64,000 nt of DNA, from the NCBI GenBank assembly GCA_018823045.1, contig JAHJIX010000020.1:20370-84369 (forward strand), read 5' to 3'. The number at the start of each line of letters is the position of its first letter. Position 1 is the first letter of the stretch. The notes under the pieces were generated by a model that worked only from the letters and a program-made list of their open reading frames with translations, did no database searches and was not told the DNA's origin. The translations under genes and the position numbers were made by a program. Source of the DNA: Patescibacteria group bacterium. GTDB lineage: Bacteria; Patescibacteriota; Patescibacteriia; Magasanikbacterales; UBA922. Below, piece by piece: positions 27,727 to 38,457 of this stretch.

Positions 27727-30723
27727 TTATAACAAGCCCAAAAACTCGATTAAATCATCTGAAAAACCAACCTCTTTTAAAATAACAAGTAAATCTTTTC
27801 CTTCTGATTCATGATGATTTTTAAAATTTAATAAATTTTTTTCAAATGTTTTTTTCTTTCCAGCAGCTATAGAAATAAACTCATCATAACTCATTTTTTT
27901 ATTTGGGTAATCATAATGCGTTAAAAATTCTTTAACAGCCTTTAGTGTAGCATCATCCCCCTCAAATACTCCCTCCCATTCTATCCATGGAGTATAAAAA
28001 CTTTCAAAAAACGCCGAATAACGCTCTAATTCTTCTTTATCAATACTTGCAAATGCAACTCTCCTTTCTTGCTCTAAAATTTCTTTGGATCGTCTTTTTT
28101 TTTCCAATGGAGACATCTTTTGTTTATTTATTCTCCTTACCACAGTCTCTTTTTTGGTATCTTCATCTGTAGTTTCTTTAATCATTTCTACTTGATACCC
28201 ACCTGACTCTTCTCCTACAACTAATTCATCTAAAAATTCAGCCTCTGCACCTTCAAGCGCTTGATCTCCCCCTGCAGTCGCATCAATTGGGACAACAGAA
28301 TATGACTCACCATTTGGCCAAAGAACAAATGATATTGCATGCCCATGTTTTTTTCGCACAGAATCTCCTCCATGCACAGAAAATCCTTCCATAGTCCCAG
28401 CCAAAAAACCAGCTTTTCTTAAAAGCATACTGGTAATCAAAGCAAAATCAGCACATACCCCTGTAATTTCTTTCGACTCGGCAATACTTGGGTTCTTTTT
28501 TTGCAATTGTTTCATCCTATCTTGCGCAAATTTCAAACGAAAATTAGGTTCTCCTGTATTATTTTTTTCACTACTGACATCTCCATTATCAAAATCATAA
28601 TAGCCAATATATTTAATAAAGCTTTTTATTTCAATTAATTTTTCATGTGGTGCTAAATCTGAAATTTCCTCTAAAAATTCTTCCCAATTTGGTGCAATTT
28701 CTGTCAAAAGATCTTCAGATAGTGCTCTAAATTCTTCATGCTCTTTCTTTGCTAAAAAACTACTCTTCCAGGTATCATAATCTTCTGTTCCTAATGACTC
28801 TAAATCTGGGAAAGGACTATATTTCTCTCGAAGAATAACATCTACCAAAGATCGAGTACGACCATCTACCGTATCAATAGAATCTTCCCCAATATCAACA
28901 AAAAACCTTCCCTTATTATCTTTTTTTACAACGACTTCTTCTTTTGTTCTCCCATCATCTTTAAACGCCCGCAATTCTTCTTCATTTGTTCCTAAAAACA
29001 CAGGAATGTATATAATATGATCTTTGATTCTTTCTCCTGAAATTACAAGATCTTCCGCCATATGTGCAGTATCACTTTCCAAAGAAATATTTAAAGATCC
29101 CCACGTCTTCTTTTTCGAATCATATACTCCATATACTCCTTGCACCAGCATCTGTTCTGCAGGTAAATCTTCTCCATAACTGGATATCAACTCATGCATG
29201 ATCCCTTTTTGCTCATCGGCAATATCATCCCGAGGATTTCCACCGTCGCAAGAAGTAGTATCTTGATGAGCAAATGCATCCACATCATTAGCCTCATGTG
29301 CCTGCTCTAGTATTTCTGATACAACATCCGTCTCATAAATATCACCCTTTAAAACACCTTTTAATATCTCTGCATATGAAGACATATCTTCTTGACCAGT
29401 ATGCGCAGTCATAAACTCAAAAGGATAATCCCCTAAGGCTCTTTGTGCTTCAAATAAATCTCGTAAAACGATTTGCCCATCATCAAATAAACGAATAATG
29501 TTCCGCTTATACCACTGTTCCGCTAACTTAGACATTTGTTCATACTTTTTTAGTCGATTCAAATATAACTGATATTCTCTATATGTATCAATAGGAGCTT
29601 CAATCATGTTTAATAATTCTAATTCTCCAGTAACATCATCTTCTGATGTATTTACTTGCTCCCAAGTATCTGTACTTTCATCAAACATAATATATGCACC
29701 CTTTTTCTCAATTGCTTCTAAAACTTCTTCACGAGCCTGCTTTTCCATAATGACACTGACAACATCCCCTTTGACTCGTTTATATTTTAATTTTAAAATT
29801 TGTTCTTCAGTAATTTCAGTTGGCCACACATTTTCCAATTCTTCTAACGTTACAAATTTTTTATTAAAAAAAGATTCAATCTTTTCAAGATTCTCACTAC
29901 TGAGAGGTTGTCCATTTCCAGTAGAAGAAAACAATATTTTAAACGTAGAGTTTGGTCCATAAAAATGTTTGACTGTTTTAAATAAAGGTTCAAATATAAC
30001 TTCTTCTACAGAATGCCTATCAAAAACAAAATCACCCAACCGTTTTTTTTCATACAAAAATCTATGTGTCAAACGAAAATTATCTTCCATTAATGTTTCT
30101 CTATTTTTTTCTATATACTCGCGAATACCCCTTGGCAGTTCAAATTTCTTTGGAATCGGTCTTAATTTTTCTCTATCTCGAATCAACTCTTGAAAAAATT
30201 CATCAATAAATGCTACATATTTTTTAAAATCTATCGATACATTATGAAAACGGCTTACCATACTTTGATCCACTTCTTGAAAAGGATTTTCTAACATGCC
30301 TGCAATAACCCCCCCATGATTATAGTTCATCTCCATCCCAGGGGGGGCGCTATTCCCCCACCCCATCATTTCTTCAAATAAATCAGGATATAAAGCAACG
30401 AGTCTTTGCCCATGATGCTGTAAGGTATCCTTGAGTAATGCTTGACGCTCTGGTGTTTGCATAAAAAATTCAATCCCTTCATAGATTGAATATCCTAAAA
30501 TTTTTTCTACCACAAACATTTGCTCTTCTGCTGAAGCATTATTCAAAATATCTTCAAATCTTTCCTCAAGGTTATTAAAAAACTCTACCCTATTTTTAAT
30601 AGACTCATTATATAATACTTCTCTTTTGTTTTCTTCTTCCACTTGAGTAGAATTTTCTTGAGATCGTTTAGCCGTATCTAAATCAGGAATTCGACTATCC
30701 AAAGGCAAAAAACTATGGGGCAT
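27727..30723 (-). CDS. Large cytoplasmic protein with transglutaminase-like (papain-fold Cys-His-Asp) core; paralog of 34721..37741
   Basis: 998 aa with no signal peptide or TM. Core 'ITGVCADFALITSMLLRKAGF…HGHAISFVLWP…VVPIDATAGG' matches the GxCxxFA…H…D transglutaminase-core pattern. Long flanking regions of unknown fold. Confidence 0.6.
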   Translation of the reverse strand: MPHSFLPLDSRIPDLDTAKRSQENSTQVEEENKREVLYNESIKNRVEFFNNLEERFEDILNNASAEEQMFVVEKILGYSIYEGIEFFMQTPERQALLKDTLQHHGQRLVALYPDLFEEMMGWGNSAPPGMEMNYNHGGVIAGMLENPFQEVDQSMVSRFHNVSIDFKKYVAFIDEFFQELIRDREKLRPIPKKFELPRGIREYIEKNRETLMEDNFRLTHRFLYEKKRLGDFVFDRHSVEEVIFEPLFKTVKHFYGPNSTFKILFSSTGNGQPLSSENLEKIESFFNKKFVTLEELENVWPTEITEEQILKLKYKRVKGDVVSVIMEKQAREEVLEAIEKKGAYIMFDESTDTWEQVNTSEDDVTGELELLNMIEAPIDTYREYQLYLNRLKKYEQMSKLAEQWYKRNIIRLFDDGQIVLRDLFEAQRALGDYPFEFMTAHTGQEDMSSYAEILKGVLKGDIYETDVVSEILEQAHEANDVDAFAHQDTTSCDGGNPRDDIADEQKGIMHELISSYGEDLPAEQMLVQGVYGVYDSKKKTWGSLNISLESDTAHMAEDLVISGERIKDHIIYIPVFLGTNEEELRAFKDDGRTKEEVVVKKDNKGRFFVDIGEDSIDTVDGRTRSLVDVILREKYSPFPDLESLGTEDYDTWKSSFLAKKEHEEFRALSEDLLTEIAPNWEEFLEEISDLAPHEKLIEIKSFIKYIGYYDFDNGDVSSEKNNTGEPNFRLKFAQDRMKQLQKKNPSIAESKEITGVCADFALITSMLLRKAGFLAGTMEGFSVHGGDSVRKKHGHAISFVLWPNGESYSVVPIDATAGGDQALEGAEAEFLDELVVGEESGGYQVEMIKETTDEDTKKETVVRRINKQKMSPLEKKRRSKEILEQERRVAFASIDKEELERYSAFFESFYTPWIEWEGVFEGDDATLKAVKEFLTHYDYPNKKMSYDEFISIAAGKKKTFEKNLLNFKNHHESEGKDLLVILKEVGFSDDLIEFLGLL

Positions 30724-30793
30724 ACAATATCTATTAAAATAAATAAGCTATTACTTAATTAAGTATAGCATATTATATTATTTATGGGCATGA

Positions 30794-31585
30794 CTATTTC
30801 CCACAATGCGGACAAGTCTCTTTATCTTCTTTCTTTTGTCTTTCTCTAATTTCTTCATGAAACCCAGAGGCTAAAATCGCTGCAGGCAATACATACATAC
30901 CAACACCAAAAAGTGCAGTGATGCCACCAAATAATTTCCCTGCGGCAGTAATTGGCGCCACATCCCCATAGCCAACTGTTGTGAGCGTCACAATCCCCCA
31001 CCACATGGCTTTTGGAATAGAACCAAATGCCTCTGGTTGAATGTGAGATTCTAAAAAATAAATAATCGTTGATACAATCAAAAGCAAGACAAACCCAACA
31101 AAGGCAGTCGTAAATATTTCTTCTTTTTTCTTTTTCACCACACGAAAAATAAGTCCCCATGATTCTGAGTAACGTCCAAGCTTTAAAATTCGCAATAACT
31201 CTACAAAACGGAACAAACGGAAGACACGTAAATCAATAAAAAACATGGGAGTAAAAATTGGCAAAATCACCAATAAATCAATTAATGCCAGTGGAGTAAA
31301 AACATAGCGCAATCGCCCAATAATCGGTCGTCTAAATTCTTCTTTTGCCGTACAAGACCACAAGCGAAATAGGTATTCCGCAGAAAAAATAAAAAGGGCG
31401 ACCCACTCTATATAATCAAAAAATTGTCTATGTTTTGCATAAATACCAGCATCAGTCCCGAGTATCATTGCAGAAATAGAAACAATGATAGTCACAATAA
31501 GAAACAGGTCCATGATTTGACTTGCTCTATCTCCTTCTTCTGCCTTTTGCAGTATTAACCAAATACGTTTGCGTTTCATATGCAA
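30794..31585 (-). CDS. Voltage-gated-type K+ channel (ion_trans family)
   Basis: Selectivity filter 'TTVGYGD'. S4-like 'RVFRLFRFVELLRILKLGR'. Six TM segments. Confidence 0.7.
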   Translation of the reverse strand: MHMKRKRIWLILQKAEEGDRASQIMDLFLIVTIIVSISAMILGTDAGIYAKHRQFFDYIEWVALFIFSAEYLFRLWSCTAKEEFRRPIIGRLRYVFTPLALIDLLVILPIFTPMFFIDLRVFRLFRFVELLRILKLGRYSESWGLIFRVVKKKKEEIFTTAFVGFVLLLIVSTIIYFLESHIQPEAFGSIPKAMWWGIVTLTTVGYGDVAPITAAGKLFGGITALFGVGMYVLPAAILASGFHEEIRERQKKEDKETCPHCGK

Positions 31586-31680
31586 AGATTATAGCCGATT
31601 ATGCTATAAAAATCAAGTTTTGAGCTAAATTTAGGTATTTTAAAAGGCATCTAGTCTATACCATATGCCTTTTTTATTCT

Positions 31681-32553
31681 TCACACCCCAAACACTTTTT
31701 TAAAATTCTCCCGCACATATTTTTTCAATTCCTCCACACTCATCCCTCTCTGCTCTGCAATAAATTTAGCAACTTCTTCTGACATCCATGGATCACAACG
31801 TTTACCGCGATATTTTTGTGGTGCAAGATATGGAGCATCTGTTTCTGTCAAAATTTTATCTAATGGAACAGTATCAATCACATCTGCTAAATGCTCTTTT
31901 GTATATTTATTTCCTTTTGCAGGATAAGTAATCACCCCACCAACACCGAGATAAAAACCTAAATCAATATATGCTTGTGCATATGCACTTCCACCGGTAA
32001 AACAGTGAATCACTCCTTTTAGCTGATCACCATACTCTTCTTTATATTGTTTGAGAAGTGCAATCATGTCTTCATGGGTTGATGGTTCATCTGGATCTCT
32101 TGCATCTCGTACATGAATCACGAGTGCTAAATTATGCTTCACAGCAAATTTTACATGCTCACCAAATAATACTTTTTGTTTTTCAAACGCTTCTTTACCT
32201 GCAACTCCCTCTGGGATATGATATTTATCTAATCCTGTTTCCCCCACCCCAATGACTTGACCAGTAGCGACCAGTGTATCAAAAAAAGCTTCATCAAATA
32301 CTTCACCTCGTGATTTAAATGTACTTCCCTCTTCTTCTACTTCAATTGCCGTATGCTGAATTGGGTGAATCCCAACGGTTGCATACATCCAATCATATTT
32401 GCTTGCGAGATCCACTGCACTTTTACTTGTATCTGTATGCGTTCCAATAACATTAAGCAGCATATTTTTTTCTTTACATACGGCAATAACTGATTCACGT
32501 TCTTTTTTATATGCACGAAACTGCAAGTGACAATGACTATCTATTAACATCAT
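31681..32553 (-). CDS. tatD: TatD-family metal-dependent hydrolase/DNase
   Basis: 'MMLIDSHCHLQF', 'VIGVGETGLDKY' and 'HCFTGG' motifs. Confidence 0.8.
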   Translation of the reverse strand: MMLIDSHCHLQFRAYKKERESVIAVCKEKNMLLNVIGTHTDTSKSAVDLASKYDWMYATVGIHPIQHTAIEVEEEGSTFKSRGEVFDEAFFDTLVATGQVIGVGETGLDKYHIPEGVAGKEAFEKQKVLFGEHVKFAVKHNLALVIHVRDARDPDEPSTHEDMIALLKQYKEEYGDQLKGVIHCFTGGSAYAQAYIDLGFYLGVGGVITYPAKGNKYTKEHLADVIDTVPLDKILTETDAPYLAPQKYRGKRCDPWMSEEVAKFIAEQRGMSVEELKKYVRENFKKVFGV

Positions 32554-32556
32554 AAT

Positions 32557-33099
32557 TTATGTTGATTCAATAACTTCTTTACTGTACTCTACACTTGTTT
32601 GCACCGCTGAAATAGCATCGGGAATAAATGGAACAAGCCAGGCAACCGATGCTGAAAATATTGGTGCTAAATATGATGTTGCCATAGCAGCTGTTACTCC
32701 GTCACTAATTGGATAACGCTCTAATATATAGACACACATTCCAATCAATACAATCGCCTGAAGTACCCCAAAAACTCCCCCAAGCAAACGATTTGTCCAT
32801 CCAAGAAGCGGTATTCTATTAAACCATCGTGAAAGCATTTTAAGTACTTTAAATACAAGACTGACCCCAATCATAATAAGGAGAAAAGCAATCACAAAAA
32901 CAACAAAACGAGATAAATTGGCTGCCCACTCATATCGCTCAACCAACCATAAAGCAACGGTATCAAAATACCAACTAGCAAGTAAAACCCCAAGAATAGC
33001 ACCCACTAAAGAAACCACACCATAAAGAAATCCGCGTTTCACACCAAGACCAATTAATAATGCTGCAATGGCAATAAGAATAAGATCAAAGACAGGCAT
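32557..33099 (-). CDS. CvpA-family membrane protein (putative)
   Basis: 180 aa with four TM helices. Length and topology fit the CvpA family. Weak call. Confidence 0.45.
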   Translation of the reverse strand: MPVFDLILIAIAALLIGLGVKRGFLYGVVSLVGAILGVLLASWYFDTVALWLVERYEWAANLSRFVVFVIAFLLIMIGVSLVFKVLKMLSRWFNRIPLLGWTNRLLGGVFGVLQAIVLIGMCVYILERYPISDGVTAAMATSYLAPIFSASVAWLVPFIPDAISAVQTSVEYSKEVIEST

Positions 33100-33114
33100 A
33101 TACTTTATATTTAA

Positions 33115-34641
33115 TTATTTTTGTAATCGAGCGAAAAGGATTTCTCCTTTATGAATAGTTGTATTTTCTTGTAATAAACCCCAAACTTGTTGCTGAGATA
33201 ATACACAAGCATCTCTTTGTTCTTTTGAATATCCTAATCGCTCTAATATCTGATGCGCAGTATTTGGAATAATCGGGAGTAAAGCCAACGCAATATGGCG
33301 AAGTCCTTCTGCTAACTGATATAGCAATGCAGAAATATCTTCTCCTTGTTTTTCCTTTTCCCATGGTTTTTCTTCTGAAATTTTTGTATCTACTTGCCCA
33401 ACCAATCCATTAATTTTTTTTATAAGATCATCAAATGCGTATGATGAAAAATCTTTTTCATACGCCTGCCAAAATGTAGGTACGGCAAAACAATCCTCAG
33501 CTGTTGCAGGGACTTTTCCTTCATTATATTTTTCAAGCATAGTAAGCACACGACTGGTCAAATTACCAATACCATTTACCAAATGCGCTGTATAAAATTC
33601 TTCAAAACGCTCTTGGGCAAAATCACCATCATCAAATGCAGGGAGACCACCAAGCAAAAAGTATCGTGTGGCATCAATACCATATTCATCTACCACATCA
33701 TATGGATTGACCACATTCCCCAAGCTTTTACTCATTTTTTTTCCTTCTGATGTAATAAAACCATGGATAAAGACTTGTTTGGTGAGTGGAACGTCTGCGG
33801 CCAAGAGCATTGCTTGCCACATTGCTGACTGTTGGCGTAAATTATCTTTTCCTGCAACTTGAATCGCATTGCGTTCTTCTTTTGAACCCCAAATTGAAGC
33901 AAATGCATCTCCTTCTGGCCAATCAATGGTTGAAATATAGTTTGTGAGTGCATCAAACCACACATACATCACATGATCAGTGTCATCTGGTACTTCAATT
34001 CCCCAACTCATTTTTGTTTTTAAACGAGAAATAGAAAAATCTTGGAGTCCTCGTTCAACAAAGGCCTTAATTTCATTAAACCGATAACTTGGCACAACAA
34101 AATCTGGATTTGCTGTATAAAAATCAAGTAATTTATCTTGCAATTTTGAAAACAAAAAGAAATAATTTTCTTCTTCAATATATTCTAATTCATAATTCGT
34201 GTGAAGCGGACATTTGCCATCTACTAACTCTGAATCTGTTTTTTCCATTTCACAGCCAACACAATATTTTGCTTTATATTCTCTTTTTTCAATATAGCCA
34301 TTGTCTTTACAACGGCGCCAAAATTTTTGTGCTGCATTGATATGCTTTTCGTCAGTCGTACGAATAAAATGAGAATAACTTAAATTTAATTTTTCTTTTA
34401 AATTTTTAAACTTTTCTGCATATCCATCTACATATGTTTTTGGGTCCACCCCAGCGTCCTCTGCTTTGCGCTGAATTTTTAATCCATGTTCATCTGTTCC
34501 TGTGTTAAACACAACCTCATGCCCGAGCAAGCGTTTGTAGCGTGCAATAGCATCTGCTTGGATAATTTCTAACGCAAAGCCGATATGCGGATCTGCATTC
34601 ACATATGGCAGTGTTGTTGTAATGTAAAATTGTTTGCTCAT
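33115..34641 (-). CDS. metG: Methionyl-tRNA synthetase
   Basis: 'PYVNADPHIGFALE' (HIGH-type), 'KMSKSLGNVV' (KMSKS) and zinc knuckle 'CVGCEME…CPLH'. Confidence 0.9.
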   Translation of the reverse strand: MSKQFYITTTLPYVNADPHIGFALEIIQADAIARYKRLLGHEVVFNTGTDEHGLKIQRKAEDAGVDPKTYVDGYAEKFKNLKEKLNLSYSHFIRTTDEKHINAAQKFWRRCKDNGYIEKREYKAKYCVGCEMEKTDSELVDGKCPLHTNYELEYIEEENYFFLFSKLQDKLLDFYTANPDFVVPSYRFNEIKAFVERGLQDFSISRLKTKMSWGIEVPDDTDHVMYVWFDALTNYISTIDWPEGDAFASIWGSKEERNAIQVAGKDNLRQQSAMWQAMLLAADVPLTKQVFIHGFITSEGKKMSKSLGNVVNPYDVVDEYGIDATRYFLLGGLPAFDDGDFAQERFEEFYTAHLVNGIGNLTSRVLTMLEKYNEGKVPATAEDCFAVPTFWQAYEKDFSSYAFDDLIKKINGLVGQVDTKISEEKPWEKEKQGEDISALLYQLAEGLRHIALALLPIIPNTAHQILERLGYSKEQRDACVLSQQQVWGLLQENTTIHKGEILFARLQK

Positions 34642-34720
34642 AACATTCTATCCTAAATAATGAGTTTACTATAGCAAAAACTACGTAGATTGTCTATATA
34701 GATAATAGACAATAAAACTC

Positions 34721-37700
34721 TTATATTGGTTCATTCACCTCTGGATATGTTCTCAATCCCAAGTCATTCCATGTAAAAGCAACCCCTTTTTTTTGTGCAT
34801 TGAGAGCATCTCTTGTTCTTGTTCTAGCTGTAATACATAATAAATGTTCTGGAATCACTGTTTTTTTTCCTTCTGTTATCCGTAAATCATGGGACTCCTC
34901 TGAACAAACATTATGGAATATATCCTTTAATAAACGCATGTCTGTATTTGGCAGTATCTCATAATAAATTCCACCATATCCTTGCTCTGTAATATAAATT
35001 GGATACTTATATTTTTTAACAAATTCTTGAACAGTATCCAAAAATAATTCTTGAGCAAGCTTATCATTTATATTAAAACCACCCAATATATCTTCAAATG
35101 CAATATACAATGGTTGTTTTTTTTGTTCAGGATCTTTTACTCTTCGTGCTACTGGGTTTTTACCAGGACGTCTTACACTTGCCGACCATATAATATCTTT
35201 CATTCTATGGATATCTGGATTATATTCTTCTGGATCAGAAAGAAAATCATTTCCACCTTTTTGGATATTTGCATGTTTTTTAAGTAAAGTAAATATTTTC
35301 TTTTTTAATACTCTTTTTTGTTTTTCTGGAATATGAAACAGCATAGCTAATTCACTATATGTTGTTTCTAGTTCATACTCTTCATTATTTTCTTCATATT
35401 CTGCTAAAATCCTTCTAAGAGTTGCATTACTTGCAGGAATGTGTTTTCTTGGACTCCTATTTCGACTATAAATTGGTGCAATATTTTTCACTTCTAATCG
35501 CCAAAATTTAGAAGGAATACCAAATGTTTCTTCTAATTTTCTTTGTACTTTTTTATTTGTAAATGCTTGGTAATAGAGCCTCCAAAAAATCTTTTCTTCT
35601 AATACCAATTTTTTATCCATCGATAATGTTCCCAATTTATTTTTCAATACATCTTCAGCAAAATCTTCTAGTTCATCATCTTCTCGTTGCATTTTTTCTA
35701 AATCGTTCATATCTATCTCTTGAAATATGGTATACACAACATTTTCAAACTCTGGACTAAACGAAAAATGAGTAAAATCAATTGAAATATTTTCCTCAAT
35801 CCTATAAATCTCGCCACAATATTCTGGTGAAATACACAATGCATAAAAATCTTCAATATCTTTTATTTGCTGAATAATTTCTTCTCTTCGCTCTGAAAAA
35901 TCTTTTGCGATTATTGGATTAAACAAAAATTCACCTAGATTAGAAAGATACTCAATCTTGTCACCACGAAGTAATGCCTCAATATCTTTGATGTCATCCT
36001 GAATTGTAATAGTAGGAATGTCACCAAAAGCAATTTGTTTTTCGCTACAAATTCTTACAATATGACGAATTTCGTTCACCCGATATAATAATTCACTTAA
36101 ATCTAACTCTCTTATCAACTGTGTTCCTTTATATAAATCATGATATGCCTGTATTGTATCACCACTTATTTCTATCTGATGCGTTTTTTCTATTCTGGCA
36201 TGTTCTTCTTCAAATGAAACTGGTAAAATTTGTCCTACAAATTCTACTCCTTCCACAGGATTCTCTACCCTTGGAGCAAGATTAGCTGCTTGATTTGGAT
36301 ATTTTTCTATGACACGCATAATATCTAGACGCATATCACGCAGTAAGTGTCGTTTTTCCTGTTCATTTTCTGCTTGAGCATATTTTTTCTTAAATGCTTC
36401 AAATAACTCTTGTGGGAAATAATTATCTAGAGAAGAAGCCACTTCACAAAATGTAGTGGCATCAAATACCTGTAAATTATGATGACGATCTGGAATCTGT
36501 ACCCGCGCATGTCCACTTACCGCAAAAGCAGTTCCATCCTTTGTTGTGACTTTTTCATGTGTAATAATTGCTGGGATACCTAATTGTCTAAAATATACTG
36601 ATGAAACCCAAGAAAGATAATCACAATGCCCCATTTGTAATTCATCCATAATCAGTGGTAACTCATCACTATTATGACGCAAAAAATCACCAAGTGTTTT
36701 ATGATTGACATAATAAAAATGCTTCCGAAGATGTCCTGCAATCAAAGAAGGGATATCCTCAGGAAATTTTTTTGCATGTTCTTTTATCTGTTCTGGTAAG
36801 GGTAATACTGCTGACCAATACTCTTGTTCCGCTTGTGAAGGAGTAAATTCATTTGTATTTAATTGAATTAATCGTTTATCTTTTTCAATATAATACTCGT
36901 TTACATGTCCTTTTACTAAACGAGTAGTTAATGGGTCGCTCGGATGATTTATAATACAAGAAGCAGATTGATCTACTGCAACCAAACGTCCCCCCAATGG
37001 CATTGGAATCGTTTCTCCCTCCCAAATAGAACCTGCTGAACTTATTTTTATTTGATTAGGCAAACTATGATCTTGCTGTGGTATATTTTGAATAAATCCT
37101 TTTACAGCAGCATAATTTTCATCATATTGTAAATCTGTAGGAAGTATACGGGGTGATAAACCACGTGCTGTGGGAGTTGCAATTTCATATACAAAAGAGG
37201 TACTTGGTACTGGTGGATAAATCTTTCCTCCAGCACCTTTTCCTTCTAATTCCTCTAGATTCCGTCCGATACTATCCATAGCAGATAAAGAGGTTTCCAT
37301 TCCAGTAATCCCCATTTCTTCTGGCTGCTGAATTTTTAAAATATCCTGTGGGAGAGCCTCTCTGTATGAGACAGCAGAGGGTGTTTTTATCACACCTTTA
37401 ATCCGAGTAATTTGTATTTGTTCTTGCTGAAGTTTGTCCTGCAACTCATCAATTTGTGCTAATAACATTTCATGACTTATATCTTCTGATATAGCATACC
37501 TCTCAAAAAAGACTTTTTTTGCCGCTTCAGCATGTATTTGACTATGATCTGATTTTTTAGATATATCAGTTGTCAAAATATGACGAACATAATCCAAAAA
37601 ACTTTGTTGTGCTTCTAGTCCTTGATGAAAAACATTCTTATACCTTTCCACTTGATCTAAAAATGCAGATCCTTCAGGATTGATAACAGGAGCCACTTCT

Positions 37701-37741
37701 TTAAATGATGGTATAGAGATTCTTCCTTCAGCCAAATTCAT
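34721..37741 (-). CDS. Large cytoplasmic protein with transglutaminase-like Cys-His-Asp core; divergent partner of the T4CP-like operon
   Basis: Start set at the internal ATG at 37741 ('MNLAEGRISIPS'). The 115 N-terminal residues of the ORF-track frame are hydrophobic read-through of the intergenic region. Core 'QMGHCDYLSWVSSVYFRQLGIP…SGHARVQIPD…LQVFDATTF'. About 1006 aa. Confidence 0.6.
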   Translation of the reverse strand: MNLAEGRISIPSFKEVAPVINPEGSAFLDQVERYKNVFHQGLEAQQSFLDYVRHILTTDISKKSDHSQIHAEAAKKVFFERYAISEDISHEMLLAQIDELQDKLQQEQIQITRIKGVIKTPSAVSYREALPQDILKIQQPEEMGITGMETSLSAMDSIGRNLEELEGKGAGGKIYPPVPSTSFVYEIATPTARGLSPRILPTDLQYDENYAAVKGFIQNIPQQDHSLPNQIKISSAGSIWEGETIPMPLGGRLVAVDQSASCIINHPSDPLTTRLVKGHVNEYYIEKDKRLIQLNTNEFTPSQAEQEYWSAVLPLPEQIKEHAKKFPEDIPSLIAGHLRKHFYYVNHKTLGDFLRHNSDELPLIMDELQMGHCDYLSWVSSVYFRQLGIPAIITHEKVTTKDGTAFAVSGHARVQIPDRHHNLQVFDATTFCEVASSLDNYFPQELFEAFKKKYAQAENEQEKRHLLRDMRLDIMRVIEKYPNQAANLAPRVENPVEGVEFVGQILPVSFEEEHARIEKTHQIEISGDTIQAYHDLYKGTQLIRELDLSELLYRVNEIRHIVRICSEKQIAFGDIPTITIQDDIKDIEALLRGDKIEYLSNLGEFLFNPIIAKDFSERREEIIQQIKDIEDFYALCISPEYCGEIYRIEENISIDFTHFSFSPEFENVVYTIFQEIDMNDLEKMQREDDELEDFAEDVLKNKLGTLSMDKKLVLEEKIFWRLYYQAFTNKKVQRKLEETFGIPSKFWRLEVKNIAPIYSRNRSPRKHIPASNATLRRILAEYEENNEEYELETTYSELAMLFHIPEKQKRVLKKKIFTLLKKHANIQKGGNDFLSDPEEYNPDIHRMKDIIWSASVRRPGKNPVARRVKDPEQKKQPLYIAFEDILGGFNINDKLAQELFLDTVQEFVKKYKYPIYITEQGYGGIYYEILPNTDMRLLKDIFHNVCSEESHDLRITEGKKTVIPEHLLCITARTRTRDALNAQKKGVAFTWNDLGLRTYPEVNEPI

Positions 37742-37878
37742 AAAATAAAAAATATTGAAATAAATAAACTTTCTTAGAGTATAGCATATTATATTTTTTA
37801 TAAAAACAACAAATTGCAAATTGAAAGATATAGTACATTTCTCATTTTTTTGATATAATAAAAGAGACTTCTTTTCTT

Positions 37879-38439
37879 TTGTTATATATGCCATCTTTTT
37901 TGCAAAAAAATGATCAAGAATCTCCAGGGATTCCTTTTGAACAAACACCACAATCACTGGAATACATCCCACAACAACCAGAACAGCCCATCCAAGAACT
38001 TGGGCCTGAATTTGAATTGACCAAAGAAAACATTCCTCAACCACAAGAACAAGAAGAAACTGTTGATTCAGCAATTCACTCACTCAAGAAAAAACTTCGT
38101 CGTCAAAAAAAGGCAAAACCAACGAGCATTCCGATTGTGCGCGACAAGCTCACTCTTGAAGTAGAGCATATTATGGAAGAAGGGCTCAAAGAAGCCTTTA
38201 CTTCTCTCTCCCCTATTGAACGACAAGAATTTAAAATAAAAGGAGAACAAACAGCAATTCAAATTAGACAATTACTCAAAAAAACACATGTAAAAGTAAA
38301 ATCAATTTTCAAACTCCTTTTTGAATGGTTAAAATTACTTCCAGGGGTCAATCGATTCTTCTTAGAACAAGAAGCAAAAATTAAAACAGAAAAAATACTT
38401 GGTCTCCACGAAAAACACAAAGCCATGAACAAATTTTAA
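37879..38439 (+). CDS. Hypothetical protein with P/Q/E-rich disordered N-terminus and basic helical C-terminus
   Basis: 186 aa. 'PQQPEQPIQELGPEFELTKENIPQPQEQEE' low complexity. 18 nt upstream of the T4CP-like gene, so probably co-transcribed. Confidence 0.4.
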   Translation: MLYMPSFLQKNDQESPGIPFEQTPQSLEYIPQQPEQPIQELGPEFELTKENIPQPQEQEETVDSAIHSLKKKLRRQKKAKPTSIPIVRDKLTLEVEHIMEEGLKEAFTSLSPIERQEFKIKGEQTAIQIRQLLKKTHVKVKSIFKLLFEWLKLLPGVNRFFLEQEAKIKTEKILGLHEKHKAMNKF

Positions 38440-38457
38440 ATCGCATTTCCATACAAT

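Noticed and set aside
37742-38083. N-terminal 115 residues of ORF 34721..38083 (hydrophobic 'MSELLNQQFLLVLVVEECFLW…')
   Set aside because: This segment is read-through of the AT-rich divergent promoter region and overlaps the start of the plus-strand gene 37879... An internal ATG at 37741 gives a sensible soluble N-terminus, so I truncated the gene there.
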